From contig NC_058368.1 in assembly GCF_018350175.1 (NCBI RefSeq), positions 11,904,001 through 11,968,000 of the forward strand: a DNA stretch of 64,000 bases. Reading direction: 5' to 3'. The notes under the pieces were generated by a model, which saw nothing but the letters and a program-made list of their open reading frames with translations, made no database searches and had not been told where the DNA came from. This document shows, one piece after another, positions 1 through 14,441 of this stretch. Each line of letters opens with the position of its first letter. The stretch's first letter is position 1. The translations under genes and the position numbers were made by a program. This stretch comes from Felis catus (lineage: Eukaryota).

Positions 1-64
1 GAAGGTAAGATCGTGACCTGAGCAAAAGTTGGACGCTTAACTGACTGAGCCACCCAGGTGCTCC
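1..64 (-). mobile_element. CAN-SINE (SINEC) 5' part, cut by the window edge
   Basis: tgacctgagc...ttaactgactgagccacccaggtg. Confidence 0.85.
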
Positions 65-130
65 TGTTTGTTTTATTTTATTTTTTTTTAAGTTTCTCTT
101 TTAAAATAAAATTTAAAAAATATCTTTTAA

Positions 131-216
131 TTTTAAGTAGGCTTCATGTCCAACGTAGGGCTCGAACTCACAACCCTGAGTTGTATGCTTTACTGATTGA
201 GCCAGCAAGGAGCTCC
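131..216 (-). mobile_element. short/older CAN-SINE
   Basis: gggctcgaactcacaaccctgag...tgagccagc. Confidence 0.7.
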
Positions 217-1084
217 TAAAATTTAATTTAATTTTTAAGTTATATGAAATATTCACTGGTTTTGAAGAGAGTTCTGAAAGCAAAATATATTCCAAGAAGT
301 CTAGCTTCAGTTTCTCATCTGTCTACCTATTCCTTTTTACCTTTAGATGAACTTGGAAAAAAAAAAAGTCCTCTATGCATGTCTGTCTGGGTGTGTTTCA
401 GTGTGTATATGTATGTGTATTCATATGCCCTCTTTGACAGATAAATGATAAAGTACGCTGTACACACTTTCCTCCACCTTGCTTTTGTCTTTTGATACAT
501 ACTGATAGTTATTCCATATTTAAGTAGTTATTTGTGCTTTTTATCAGAGTAAATGCATGTATAATTTTGCTAGATTTTGCTGCATTTCCCTCCATGGTGG
601 CTATAACGTTTTGCATTCTCACCAGCAGTATACAAATGTACCTGATTCCCCACAGCCTTGTCAAGTCTGTGTTGTTATGATTGTGTCTCTTTTTCCTGGT
701 CATCGTCCTTGTTCTGCAGTTGTCTGAGAGTAGCATAACCACTTCTACTTTCTACTTTTTTTTATATCAGTGTTTGCAAGTCATGTTGTTTGCCTTTTTT
801 TTTTTAAACTTTAAATCTTTGTGGGACTTGATATTTAAAATGAGGTTCTTTTAAATATCCTACAGGTTAGTCTTTGTTTAGTTACATTTTTGTTGGTTTG
901 TTTTGGTTTTGGTTGTTTTAATTCAGTTTGACAAACTGTCTTTTGGTTGGAATATTTAGACCATTATGGTTAGTGTAATTATTGATATAGTTAGATTTAA
1001 GCTGCCATCTTTATTTTTGTTTTGTCTTTTCTCTGTTCTCCTTTCCTTCTATTTCTGCCCTCCTTGGGATTAACTGAGTATTTG

Positions 1085-1330
1085 TTTTATTTTTAATTGT
1101 TTTTTAAAGTATTTAAATTCCAGTTAACATACAGTGTAATGTTAGTTTCAGGTGTGCAGTATACTGCTTCAGCACCTCCATGCAACAGTGCTCATCACCA
1201 CAAGTGCACTCCTTAATCCCTGTCACCTTATTTAACCCATCAGTTTGTTCTCTATAGTTAGGAGTCTGTTTGTTGTTTCTTGGTTTGTCTCTCTCTTTTC
1301 TTCCTTTGCTCGTTTGTTTTGTTTTGTTAT
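1085..1330 (-). mobile_element. carnivore LINE-1 3' end fragment
   Basis: ttccagttaacatacagtgtaatgttagtttcaggtgt...agtgctcatcaccacaagtgcactccttaatccc. Confidence 0.7.
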
Positions 1331-1339
1331 CTTCACTAC

Positions 1340-2960
1340 TGGAGATAATCTACATTCAAATAAAATTATATCACTTAATGTATATTATAAAAGCTTTGCA
1401 ACAGTATATCTCCATGCCTTCCCCCTCTAAGCTTTTGTTGGCATATTTTGTTTCTGAATATGTTATAAATTCTACAATGTGTTGATATTTTTGCTCTAAA
1501 CAGTTTGATAAGTCTTGGATTAACAGTGATAGATTTATTGGTACACACACATTTACCATTTCTGTCACTCTTCATTTTTTAGATATCTGTATTTTCATCT
1601 GGTATCATTTTTCTTCTAGAATAACTTTATTTCTTATCGTATAGTTCTGCTTGTAATTCATTATCTCAGCTTTTCTTTCTCTGAAAAAAATCTTTATTTT
1701 GCCTTCATTCTTGAAAGGTATTTTTTCTCAGTAGAATTCTAGATTGGCAGTTTATTTTCATTTAGTACCTAAAAGATGTCACTGCATTATTTTCTGGATT
1801 GCATAGTTTTTGATGAAAAGTATTCCTCTGTATATATTGTTTTTGCATATGTAATGTGTATTTTTTTCAGACTATTTTTAGGATTTCTTTTCTTTATCAC
1901 TGTTTTTACCAAATTGATAATGGCATGTCTTGGAATGATTTACTTTATGCTTCTTCTCCTTGCAGCTTACTGAGATTTGGGGGACTATGGGTCTTTTTCC
2001 CATCAGATTTGGAAAAATTGTGGCAACTATCTCTTCAGATATTTTTTTCTGTTCACCCCTCCTCACCTCTTTGTTTTCTAGGACTCCAGTTGCATGTATT
2101 TTTGACTACTTGATACTGTCTTACAGGTCACTGATGCTCTGTTCTTTTTTTTTTTTCCTGTCCTTGTTTCCTTCTGGTTTTATTTTGCATAGTTGCTATT
2201 GCTATGTCTTCAAGTTCACTGATGTTTTCTTCTGTAACATATAATCTACTTTTGATCCTATTGGTATATTTTTCATTACAGGTTTTGTATTTTTCATAGT
2301 AGTTGCATTTGGGTCTTCTTTATGTGTTTCATTTCTGTCCTCATGTTCATGTTTTCTTGGGCATATGGAGCATCTTGATAACAGCTGTTTATGTCTTTGC
2401 TAATTTTGTCACCTGTGCCATTTCTGGGACTATTTCTGTTGATGAATTTGTTTTCCTCGTTATGTATTACAAGGTCTTTCCACTGTGGCTGGTGGAGACC
2501 TGAATTACTAGCAGCCCCAGGTGCGTTAGGGAATTTCTTGGCTTATTGCTTTCCAGTGTTCTTTTCCTGGTCTCAGGTAGTTTTTTTCTTCCTCATGCAT
2601 GGCACTGATTATTATTCAGTCAGTGACTTGCGACACCCCTCTGTGGATCTCCAGAATTCAAGCTCTCTTGCTGTCTTTGTAGCTCACTCCTCTGTGGAAC
2701 TCTGCCCTAGAAATTATAGCTGCTTCAACTCCCATCTCGGTCTCCCTCAACTCCATGCTACCACCAGATTCTTACTGGGTTACTTCTCCTTCCATGGCAG
2801 TCTGGAGCCTTGCAGGCAGCAAGTGAGGATAGATGTAGGCCTCTTGTAGTTTATTTTCCATCTTTTAGGGATTACAGTCATATGCTGCCTGTTGTCCTGT
2901 GTCCAAAACCTTTAACATGTTTATCTGTTTTCTGCTTGTTTAAAGTAGGAGAGAATCCCA
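1340..2960 (-). mobile_element. old LINE-1 (L1M) fragment
   Basis: T-rich L1 antisense motifs such as tctttattttgccttcattcttgaaagg and tagaattctagattggcag. Confidence 0.6.
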
Positions 2961-3074
2961 TTTCAGATATGCCCTCATCATGTGAACTTTTAATTTGTAT
3001 GTTTTTAATTGTTGGTAAATGAGTGAAAGTAAACGTCTTTTCACACATCTCTATCACACATAAATATCTACTTA

Positions 3075-3105
3075 TTTTAATATTTATTTTTGGGAGGGAG
3101 GGAGG

Positions 3106-3159
<54 letters not shown>

Positions 3160-3324
3160 ACACACACGTGATTTGGGGAGGGACTGAGAGAGGGAGACAC
3201 AGAATCCAAAGCAGGCTCTAGGCTCTGAGCTGTCAGCACAGAGCCCAATGCGTGGTTCGAACTCTCTCAGATCATGATCTGACCTGAAGTCAGATGCTTA
3301 ACTACTGAGCCACCCAGGTGCCCC
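3075..3324 (-). mobile_element. CAN-SINE with expanded (GA)n
   Basis: Feliform SINE body and tRNA-derived head; tatctactt flanking duplication. Confidence 0.92.
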
Positions 3325-4446
3325 TGTATATCTACTTTTGAAAAACTTTATGTCCAGCCCATTTGTCCATGATATTGCTTGTCATTTCATTCTATATTTG
3401 TAGACGATCCTTACATTAAGGATATTGACCCTTTGTGAAACAAAATGTAGAATTTCCCCTCAATTTATCACTTGTTTTTTTATTATATTTTACTGTTGAT
3501 GTCTTTTGTGATACTCTATTACTGTTGATGAATTATTGTATCTATGAATTCTTAGTATTTGGGCCCTGGGTTGGTACTGAGCAAGGAGGTAGATTCAGAA
3601 GTTGCTTTCACTGTGAGATGTTTGAATAGTTGAGCTAAGAGATCTTGCTTTATTCATTATTCTTTCTAAGTTTTTGTGTTGGGTAATGATATGATACCTG
3701 AACCTTCTTCCAGCTACATGACTTACTCCAGAACTCTGCTCAAATGTTACTTTATCTGCAGGGTCTTCTGTAACCACCCTCTTTCAAATTATAATACTCA
3801 CACACCTCTCCCCACTCCCTATCCTGTCTTCTTTCTTCTCCTTTTTTTCCTCCACAGAAGTTATCCCAACTTGACATAACACATATTTTGCTAATTTATG
3901 TATTATTGTTTGTCTTGTCCAAAATATGCTGGTAGCATGAAGGCAAGCATTTTGGGACTTTTAATAGTGCCCAGCACATAGTAAATACTTGGTTTGTATA
4001 GGTTTTATAATCCGATTTCCCGTTATGTAGGTTGTCCTGGTATAAAATGAAAAATGAATCAGAAGAAGAAAGGGACTTGAAAAAGTTTAGGTCCCATTAT
4101 AGTGGTCTTATATGTTGTATAAGGTGGCAACAATTTAGCAGGAGTGATAGCTGTGAGAATAAAAGAGAAGAAGCTAATGGGAATGACATTAAGAAGAAAT
4201 GGGTTGCCATCCATGTTTGTATTTAGAATTGTTAAGTAAAAAGAAAAAAACTCTTGTATTTGGACTGTATTTTTAATATAGATGTTTATAAAGCAGAATT
4301 AGAGACAGTTAAAAATGAGTTCAAAAAGATTTTTTTGTTCTTACAAAACATTACTTCAAAAATACAAATGGTAAAGTATCTAGTGGAGTCTTGCTGATTT
4401 TTCTGGTTTACTGTTTTTCTTTAATTCCATTTTTTGTTTTCTTTAG

Positions 4447-4570
4447 AGCTTTGCTTCCTGTTTTACATCACAAATCTAAAAAAGGACCCCCCCGTCAAGC
4501 CAAATACGCCATTCATTGTATCCATGCGATATTTTCTAGTAAAGAGACCCAGTTTGCACAGATATTTGAG
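4447..4570 (+). CDS. PDS5B: PDS5B coding exon (approx. human exon 20), (S)[41 protein letters not shown]
   Basis: Peptide recognised as PDS5B HEAT-repeat region; tttag acceptor and GAG|gtaaag donor; 124 nt. Confidence 0.96.
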
Positions 4571-6248
4571 GTAAAGAGAAAAAAAAAATTTTTTTGTTTC
4601 ATAAATTATAGTTAAAAAACACATATTAATGATTTTATAGAATGTTCACATTTGGAGATGCATCATTTTATAGTATGTTTTCAGGATTTAAATCAGTATA
4701 ATCAATATTGATGAGTGGTTAAAATATGAAAATATCTGATTATTTAGATGTTTAGTACTAACTTAAATTCAGAAATCAAACAATTATATCGTAATTTTTG
4801 GTATTATACATTTAATATTAGGAAGCTTTTTCATTAATAAGTAACTATATATAAAATCATACTTAGTGATAATCAGTAATGATTATTCTGTCAGTTTATA
4901 GGTTTAAAAATTAGAGTTCTGTTTACGAGATACTGCTGAAGTTTGTGGAGTTTTGTCAATTCTAATTGGTAATATAAAGTACAAATAGATTTATACTTAA
5001 TCACTGACCTAATTTTATACAGATTAAATTGTTTTTTAAATACATATTTCATATTATTTTTTCTATTTTATTAAATAGAAATTACTATTTCCCTTTCTAA
5101 GCATTGCATTTTATTTTAATCTATAATCTGGGGCTATCTTTAGTATTCTTACTATATATTTAGCATTTTTACATAGTGCAGGAACCTTGAATGAAATCAA
5201 AGCAGTTTGGAAAGTATGCTGAAGCTACTTCACCATAAAAACTTTGACTTGTTATCCCTGTTTTGAAACATTTATGGTAACCTTTTCAAATCTTCATGTA
5301 TAATGCTAAAGACCTGAACAAGGAAGAAAAGTAGTTGTCTTTATCAAACATTGTCTTTGTGTATATAGCAAATAATTTATTTTTAATTTTGTGCCTTTTG
5401 GGGTGGAGGCATTTTTTGTAGTCTGTTTTTATATATGAGAATGACTTTAATGAATTCATGTTGATTTAGAAAGCTTTTGTTTTTCGTGATTAGTCTCCTT
5501 TCTATTCCTTTCAATGGTGATAAAGAGCAAGATAACGTTAATAATAACTTGAATTTGTTATGTACTTTTATTTTCATTTTGATATTATATATCTGGTATT
5601 TTATTTATTTTTTTCTCTGATATTTTATCTTTACCATAACCTAACCTGTGATCCTTCTGCTATAATGTATAGGTTGGCTACCTTCTGAGAAAAGGTTTCA
5701 TAGAGGTATCTGGCCTTTATGAGATTACTGTTAATCCAGGGTCTATTAATTTTGCTTTCTTAGAAATGATTTTATTACCTTATTTTGTAAAATTGTCACA
5801 CTCATTATTGAAAAACCCGCATGATCAGATTTTCATTTATAATACAAAGAATCTGGCATTTTGGTGTACAATGGATGTATTGAGGGAAGTCATCAAGAAT
5901 AGCGAGAAGTAAACTCATTTAAATATACTTTTGGCCAAATGAAACCTTATATTGACCCGATATTTTAGGGGAAGAACAGTTTAATATTGTTTTTCAAGCC
6001 TAGAATTCTTGGTGTTCAGCATGGGAGGACAGCATCAACTCTTTATTAAAAGTGTCACTGAAAATTTTAATAATCTATTTACTTGTTTACAAATCAAAAG
6101 ATACAAAACAAATCCAAATAGTAAGTAGTAAAATAGTAAGTTTTCTCCTCCATCTCAGCCCCATATCCCCAGCTACCCACTTCTCATTCCCAGAGGTAAC
6201 CAGTGTTACCAGTTTCTAATACACTTTTCTCAAGAGTATTTATTCATA

Positions 6249-6250
<2 letters not shown>

Positions 6251-6292
<42 letters not shown>

Positions 6293-6313
6293 CACACACA
6301 CAAAATCACACAC
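6251..6313. repeat. (CA)n microsatellite
   Basis: About 20 perfect CA units plus an imperfect extension. Confidence 0.95.
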
Positions 6314-7219
6314 ATAGATTTTGTCCCTTTCCCTCTCTGCTTATGCTAGTGATAGTCTACTATAGTCACTCTTGGGATTTCCCTATTTTAAAATTGTAAC
6401 AAAACATTTTAGGTATTATCCTACATGGGTATACGAGGAGTCTCATTCTTTTGTCATGCCAAAATATGTATTAATGTTTGAGTTTTCTATCAGAATAATA
6501 AAAATAATTCTCTTAGTTGTGGCACTTAATAGTTGATGGTATAAAAATGCACAAAAATGCATGTGACTCTATATAATAAAGTTTATTTCTTGCTCCTGAA
6601 AAAATGTCCAGTTGGGTGTTTGGATTGCATTCTAATCAACAGTTTAGACACACAGACTTTTTTTGACAAATGGCTTCTCTTTTTAGTCCCGCTGGAACCT
6701 TGGTAGTAAGCCTGTCAGTGAGTAAAGAGAGAATATGGAGAAGATACATTTCTCATACTTGCTTCAGTGCGGGGATTGCATACCTCACTTTTACCCCCAA
6801 TCTGTTAATAACCAGTGCTTTTTCCCATATTCTCTTCTAACTGCAGAAGAAGCTGCATGGAAGTAGAACAGAAGCTTCCATGCAGGAAGTAGAACAGAAG
6901 TGGATATTGGTGAACACTGTCGGTCTCTAACATATTCATCTATGTGATCATAAAATATACAATACATAATATGATTCTCCCATGCTGAAATTTTTTTTAC
7001 CTATTTCTAAAATATGACTTGGGCAAAACTGAAAATAATTAAATGTGATGCCTTTTAGATATAAATAACCTATAGTTTAAATATAAGCTTGAGCTACTAC
7101 TTACATCATGTATATGTATTGAAGCTTCTATAGGTTTTTTTTGATTTGAGCATGAAATATGTGAATAGTTTATTTACATATTTGTAGAGTTGAATATGTT
7201 TTCCTTTTCTCATTTTCAG

Positions 7220-7378
7220 CCTCTGCATAAGAGCCTAGATCCAAGCAACCTGGAACATCTCATAACACCATTGGTTACCATTGGGCATATCGCTCTCCTT
7301 GCACCTGATCAGTTTGCTGCTCCTTTGAAGTCTTTAGTAGCTACTTTCATTGTGAAAGATCTTCTCATGAATGATCGG
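7220..7378 (+). CDS. PDS5B: PDS5B exon (~21), [53 protein letters not shown]
   Basis: ttttcag acceptor, CGG|gtaatt donor; 159 nt, phase 0-0; continues the previous exon in frame. Confidence 0.97.
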
Positions 7379-9304
7379 GTAATTTATATTTTTTAGACCT
7401 GTGTTCCTCACAGTGTTATCTTCTAAAAGTGAAATGTTGTAAATAACACTTCCATTTGGCTGCTTTCTTTGAGGTTTTCCTATCTTTTTAACATGCCGTT
7501 ATCTCCAGTAGAACTAGAGGCATTGAAACATGTCTTTAGTTGAGCATATGCATGTAACCTGCAATACATTCCTTGATAAATACAAAATATCATTTGATTT
7601 TCTTTCAGCTTTATAGTGGATTAATTTTTATAATGATATCTATTTTTAAAAATGTGAAGACTGACAAGCTAGGTCACATTATGGTTGTCATGACAATAGT
7701 TGTTTCTTTCCCTCCATACAGTAGAGAATTAAGAGCACTAGGAGAAAACATTAGGAAAGAACTAAGTGATTTTGTCTGTCTTCAGTTTGTGAGTATTTGG
7801 GGTAGGGCATGTTTGAGTCTGGGAGAATTGACTCCTTATAGTCATGTGGCATTTTATGTATGTGTGTGCATATTTATGTATACACACACATATAAACATG
7901 CATGTGCAGACACTTATGTAACCAGTTTTGTGGCTGCTGTGTGCTCAGCACTGTACTAGGTTCTTTGGAGAATTAAAAGAAGTATAAGATAAAGTTTCTC
8001 CTCTTAAAATATAGTTATAAATCTTGCAGTGTGTAGCTATATTACTTACATGTTTCATATTCATCATTATCTTCTATTAATATACTTTAATATACTTTAA
8101 TACTTTTAAACTGATTTATTATGGAAAAATAGTTTTGGGAGATAATAGTCAAGATAATTGTATGTATTAGATCTCTAATGATTTGTGACTATTTAACTTT
8201 AGTTGACCAGAGCCCTGTAATTTGGAGACCAAAGGCCTGTGTTAATTACCATTGTCCCTGGCTGTGTTCTTCAGCTATGTCTCTCACTTTTCTTCTCCCT
8301 AAGTACAGTATTTCATATGTTCTTTCGGTTATGTATGCTAATCATGTGTTTCAAGTTTGATATCCTTACTTTGTTTTCTTTAATGCAGAAATTTTGTTGA
8401 GATAAAAGTGCATACTTTTTAAGGGTGTGGTTCATTAAGGTTTCACAAAGTTAGCATTTTTGACCAGCTGACAATCCAGGCAAAGAAGTAGAAATTTACC
8501 AGACTCCCAAAGCCCCTGTGTCTTTTTCTTGTTATTAACCTTCCCTTCTCCCTGAAGATAACCATAATCTTGACTTCTAACACCAAAGATTAGTTTTACC
8601 TGTTTTTGAACGTTTATAAATGGAATTATGTAGAGTAAATTTTTTATGTCTGACTTTATCTTAACTCAGTATTACATTTGTTAGATGAATCCATCCTGGT
8701 GTATATAGCAATGGTTTGTTCATGTTTGTTGCTGTATAGTATTCCATTGTTTGTGTATGCCATGTATCTGCTCTGTTGCTAAACATCTAAGTTACTTCTG
8801 GTGTTAAATGCATACCGCTATTACAAATACTCTTTTACATATCATTTTGTGCACTTATGTATGAAATTCTTTTTTAGTTGCTCTATCTTAGAGTATAAGT
8901 ATGTATAAGTTGTTTTAGTAAAATTTGCCAAATTATTTTTCTTTCTTTCTTTTTTTGCCAAATTGTTTTTCAAAATGATTATACCAACTAATATTCTTAT
9001 ATATGCTGAATGAGGGTTCTAGTTGTACCATTTCCTTGACTGTACTAGATATGGCAGTCTTCAACATTTTAGTCATTTTATGAAGTGTAATGAATGATAT
9101 GCCCTTAGGCACATTTTCATATTTGTATTGACATTTTGGTTCTCCTCTTTCGTGAAGTGTCTGCTCAAGCATCTTCCACATTTTTCTATTAAATTGTCAG
9201 TCTCTTATATTCATTTGTAAGATTTCCTCATGTATCTTGTTGGCAATATGGTTAGCAAATCTCTTTTCCCACTTTGTAACATGCCTTTCACTCTCTTAAT
9301 GGTG

Positions 9305-9541
9305 TTTTTTTTTTAATTTTTTTTAATTTTTTTTTTTTATTGTTCATTTATTTTTGAGACAGAGAGAGACAGAGCATGAATGGGGGAGGGTCAGAGAGAG
9401 AGGGAGACACAGAATCTGAAGCAGGCTCCAGGCTCCAAGCTGTCAGCACAGAGCCCAACGCGGGGCTCAAACTCACAGACCGTGAGATCATGACCTGAGC
9501 CGAAGTTGGACGCTTAACCAACTGAGCCACCCAGGCGCCCC
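9305..9541 (-). mobile_element. young CAN-SINE (SINEC_Fc-like)
   Basis: Intact CpGs; target-site duplication cttaatggtgtttttt. Confidence 0.95.
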
Positions 9542-9669
9542 CTTAATGGTGTTTTTTGATGAGCAGAAGTTCTTAATTTTAACAGAACTCATTTTATTAT
9601 TTTCTTTTTAGTACTTGTCTTTTTTGTCTACTCCAAGGTTGTGAACATATTCCCTGTATTATTTTCTAG

Positions 9670-9846
9670 AACAATGGTAATATACAAGCTTCTAGCCACA
9701 TGTAGCTATATAAATTTAAGTTTAAACTAAATATAATTGTAAATCTAGTCACACATTTCAAGTGCTCACTAGTCACATACTGCTAGTGTCGAACAGCCCA
9801 GAACATTTCTGCCATTTCAAAGTTCTGTTAGACAGTGTTGCTCTAG
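9670..9846. mobile_element. hAT-Charlie MITE fragment (MER3/MER33-like)
   Basis: tagccacatgtagcta...catttcaagtgctcactagtcacat...gttctgttagacagtgttgctctag motifs. Confidence 0.55.
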
Positions 9847-10541
9847 AAGCTTTATTTATTTAACTTACACATTACACTCTGAAGTCTACTTGGGATTGAT
9901 TTTTATATATGGTATATGATTACTATCCAGATTCATTTTCTTTATTTCCATCTGACTCAACTCACATTTATTGAAAAGACTGTCTTCCTTGCTGCATTTA
10001 AAAAAAAATTGAGATGAAATTCACATAATGTAAAATTAGCTGTTTAAAGTATACAATTCAGTCACATTTTATTTAGTACATTGACAATTTTGTGTGACTG
10101 CCACTTCTGTCTAGTTCCAGATCATTTTCATTAAGCAGTCACACCACATTTCCCCAGCCCTGGGCAACCACCAGTCTCCGGTCTGTCTTAATGGATTTAA
10201 CTGTTGTGAATATTTCCTATAAATGGAAGCCTGCAGTATGTGACTTCTTGTGTTTTTCTTCTGTCACTTAGCATGATCTTTTTGAGGTTCATGTTGTAGC
10301 ATACATCAGTACTTCATTCCATTTTATGGCTGAATAATATTCTGCTGTATGTATTTATCACAATTTGTTTATCCATTTATTCAGTGATGGACATTTGGGT
10401 TATTCCCACCTTTTGAATATTATGAAAAGTGCTGCTATGAATTTTATGGCTGGGTATTTGTTTGAGTACCTGTGTTTAGTTCTTTGGGTATTTTCCTAGG
10501 TATATACCTTTGCTAGATTATATGGTGATTCTGTGTTTAAC

Positions 10542-10740
10542 TTTTTTATTTTAGAGAGTGCTCAAGATGGGGAGAGAGGCAGAGGGGGAAGAGAGAAAGA
10601 GAAAGAGAAAATGAGAATCTTTGGCAGACCCATGCTTAGTGCAGAGCCTGACACCAGGCTCAATCCTATAACCCTGAGATCATGACCTGAGCTGAAATGA
10701 AGAGTTGGGCTCTCAATTGACTGAGCCACCTAGGTGCCCC
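10542..10740 (-). mobile_element. CAN-SINE inserted in L1
   Basis: gtgttta(a/g)cttttt duplication on both flanks. Confidence 0.9.
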
Positions 10741-12083
10741 AGTGTTTAGCTTTTTGAGAAACTGACAAACTATTCTCCACAGAGGCTACACCAATTTACC
10801 TTCCCGCCAGCAGTGTATGAAACTTCCAGTTTTCTCCACATCCTCGCCAACTTCCTATTTTCTGTTAATTTGATTATAGCCATCCTAACGGGTGTGAAGT
10901 GGCATCTCACTGTGGTTTTGATTTGCATTTCTCTAATGATATTGAGCATCTTTTGATGTACTTATTAGCCATTTGTGTATCTTTTGGAGCAAAGACTATA
11001 CGTGTCTTTTGCCCATTTTTTTAGGGCTCTGTGTTGAGTAGTGAAAGTTCTTTATACTTTCTAGACACAATTCTCTTGTCAGATCCATGGTTTGCAAATA
11101 TTTTCTCCCATTCTGTAGGTTGTCTTTTAAGTTGTCCTTTAATTTTTTAATTGAGATATAATTGATATGTAACATTATTTAGATGTGTGCAGTGTAATGA
11201 TTCAGTATTTTATATACTTTGAAATGATCACCACAAAAAGCCTAGTTAATATCCATCCCACACAGTTACATTTTTTCCCCCCTGTGGGAACTTTTAAGAT
11301 CTTGGCAACTTATCAAATATACACTATATGGCATTACTAACTGTAGTTACCAGGCTGTACATCACATTCCATGACTTATTTATTTTATAACTGTAAGTTT
11401 GTGCCTTTGACCCCATTCAGCCATTTTGCCCACCTACCCCTTCCTTTGTCAACTATCAGTCTATTCCATGTATCTTTGATATTATCTTAGCCAGTCTGAT
11501 AAGTGCGAGGTTGTATCTCATTCTGGTTTTGATTTGCATTTCGTTGATGATTAGGGACACTGAGCATCTTCTCATGTGTCCTCTGTATGTTTTCTTTGGA
11601 GATATTATCTATTCAAGTCCTCTGCCCGTTATTTAATTGGGTTGTGTTTTTGATACTAAGTTATGTAAATTCTTTATATATTTTGGATATTAGCCCCTTA
11701 TCTGATGTATGATTTGCAAGTATCTTCTCCCATTCAGTAGGTTGCCTTTTCTTTTTGTTGGCAATTTCTTTTGCTGTGCAAAAGATATTTAGTTTGGTAT
11801 AGTCCCGTTTGTTTATTTTAGTGTTTGTTCCCCTTGCCTGGGGAGACTCTTGCAAAAAGTTACTGCTGAGACAAATGTCAAAGAGCTTACTGCCTGTGTT
11901 TTCTAGGAGTTTTATGATTTCAGGTCTTTTATTTAAACTTTTTCCCTTTTGAATTTGTTTTTATATGTGGCGTAAGATAGCATGTAGCTGTCCAGTTTTC
12001 CCAACACTCTTTATTGAAGAGACTGTCCTTTTCCCATTGTATATTCTTGTGTCCTGTGTCATAGATTGTGTGACTGTACTAGA

Positions 12084-12085
<2 letters not shown>

Positions 12086-12133
<48 letters not shown>
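12086..12133. repeat. (CA)n microsatellite
   Basis: Perfect CA run inside L1. Confidence 0.95.
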
Positions 12134-12136
<3 letters not shown>

Positions 12137-12332
12137 TTACATCTGGGCTCTCTATTCTGTTGATCTCTTTGTCTGTTTTCATGCCAGTACCATGCTGTTT
12201 TGATTACTATAGCTTAGTATAGCTTGAAATCAAGGAGCATGGTGCTTCCAGTTTTGTTGTTCTTTCTCAAGATTGCTTTGACAAGTTTTGATATCTAGTA
12301 ACATAAGTCCTCCAAATGTCTTTAATGACAAC

Positions 12333-12363
12333 TGCTGCTGTTGCTGCTGCTACTACTGCTGCT
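12333..12363. repeat. imperfect (CTG)n
   Basis: ctgctgctgttgctgctgctactactgctgct. Confidence 0.8.
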
Positions 12364-14224
12364 TCCTTGTTGTCATCAGTAGCTTTTTCAAGATTGTTTT
12401 GGCTATTGTTAGCCTTTTGCATTTCTATCTAAATTTTAGAATCAGCTTGTCAGTTCTCCCTATACTTCACCCTAACTGGCTGGAATTTTGATAGGTATTA
12501 TGTTGAGTTATAAATTTTATTCATCATCATTTTAATACCACTTTTCATTCAGTGAACATGGATTTATAATCTGAGCTTTCTGTTTCACGAAGATGGTATA
12601 TGTCTTAGTCTTCAATTTCCCGGGATAAGGTTTCTTAAATTTTTGTGTGGATGTCTTATCTTTCTTAACTATGTTCCTAGGCATTTTATGTTATTTGATG
12701 CTATTGTAGATAATATGCTTTTTAATATTTACCTGCTAACTGTATATTGTTGGGATATGGATGTAAAGTTTCTTCTCTTTTATATTGACTTTTATCCTAG
12801 GGTCTTGTTAAAGGCAGTTTGTAATTCTACCAGTTAGTTTTTGCATTTGTGGGGTTTTCTCTTTTCACAGTCATGTCATTTGTTCATCGAGACAGCTTTA
12901 ACTTTTTCTTTTCCATTCTTAATGCTCTTTATTTCTTTTTCTTCCTCATGCCTTGGCCAGGACCTTCAAAACAATAGAAGTGGTGATAGTTGACATTTTT
13001 ATCTTCTTCTCAGTCTTAGAGAGGAAGATGGACTATTGGTAATCAGTAGAGGACTTGAAAACTTCATCTAAATGACATAACGAGGACACTACAGTGAATC
13101 TTGTCCTGGCATATATTCTTTCAACTTCGTCTTTTATTTAGAGTAGTCTGTTTATATGTAATGTAAATAGTGATTTGGGTTAATTTGCCATCTAATTTTT
13201 ATCTTAAGTTTGTTCTGTCATTTCCGTATTCATTTTACTCTTCTTTCCTTGTTTTTGATCAAATATTTTATTCTGTTTTCCCCTTTACTGACTTGTTTTT
13301 TACATTTTCCTCTTCTTTTAGTAGTTGCCCTAGAGATTACAACATTCTTCCTTGACTCACTGAAGGCCAGTATTAATGAGTCTGTTTTAAACTTTCAGGA
13401 CAATAGGTTCAGTATTCTTAAGAACTTTAGCATACTTTAATTCCCTTCATTTCCTGATGCTTTTTGTGCTCTTGTACACATAGGACCATTACTGTTGTGA
13501 TTTTATACAGTTAATGTTTATTTAGATTTACAACATATTTTTCCTGTTTTCTTGTTTTTCATTCCTTTTTATTTATGTGATGATTTTCTTCCTACTTAAA
13601 GAATTAAAGTAGTATTTCTTTAAGTGTGGATTATTGTGAATTCAGTCTCTTGGGTTTTATTTGTCTGAAAATGTCTTTTCTTTGCCTTGATTTTTTTAAA
13701 GGATATTTCCTCCAGGTTTAGAATTCTACACAGATATGGTTCTCCCCTTACCATCATCTTCTATTTTCTTACCTTTTCTCTTGAAATCAGCTGATGGCCT
13801 TGTTCCTTTGAAGATTTTCTTTTTGCTTTGAATGCTTTTAATTTTTTCTATTTTGCATTGGTTTCCAGTTTCACTAAGGTGTGCCTGGATGTGCTTTTCT
13901 TTATATTTATCTTACTTGGGGCTTGTAGATCTTCTTGAATGTTTAGCTTTGATATCTTGCATAAATTCTAAAAAATTTTTGTTTCATATTCTCTTTCCTC
14001 TCTTACTGTAGTTCTAATCATGCACTGTAAACATACAATTTATTTTACTATGATACAGTTTTTTTTGACACCTTCATATACTTTTCTCCCTGTTGATGCT
14101 TCAGTTTTGTTTTCTTCTGACCTGCTCTTCAGATTTGTTTAATCTGTGTTAAGCCCATGCACTGAATTCTTAATTGCATTTATTTTATATTTCAATTTTA
14201 TAATTTATTTGTAGCTTTAAAAAA

Positions 14225-14441
14225 ATTTTTTTAAGTTTTTTTTTTTTTAGATGTTTATTTTTGGGAAACAGAGTACAAGCGGGGCAGGGTCAGAGAGAGA
14301 CAGAGACACCAAATACGAAACAGGCTCCAGACTCTGAGCTGTCAGCACAGAGCCCAACATTGGGCTCGAACTCATGAGACATGAGATCATGACCTGAGCG
14401 GAAGTCAGCCACTTAACCCATTGAGCCACCCAGGTGCCCCC
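14225..14441 (-). mobile_element. CAN-SINE
   Basis: Consensus body and head. Confidence 0.92.

Larger units (their letters stand above)
8390..14200 (-). mobile_element. nested LINE-1 fragments of several ages, interrupted by SINEs, a MITE and a microsatellite
   Basis: Repeated L1 3' motifs (gtggttttgatttgcatttc); ORF 11661..11855 is an L1 ORF2 C-terminal remnant (KRQPTEWEKI.ANH.SDKGLISKIYKE). Confidence 0.8.

Noticed and set aside
2391..2849. 152-aa ORF, the longest non-exonic ORF
   Set aside because: Lies in degenerate antisense L1 sequence; no recognisable domain or splice context
6859..6900. Direct repeat ggaagtagaacagaag x2 (similar 21-nt doublet at about 33912-33952)
   Set aside because: Simple local duplications; only two units, no array or CRISPR-like structure
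9348..9530. Recurrent ~60-aa ORFs of the type MAQxVKRPTSAQVMI (also at 14247, 16186, 19295, 20928, 31785, 61407)
   Set aside because: Translations of CAN-SINE consensus sequence, not a protein family
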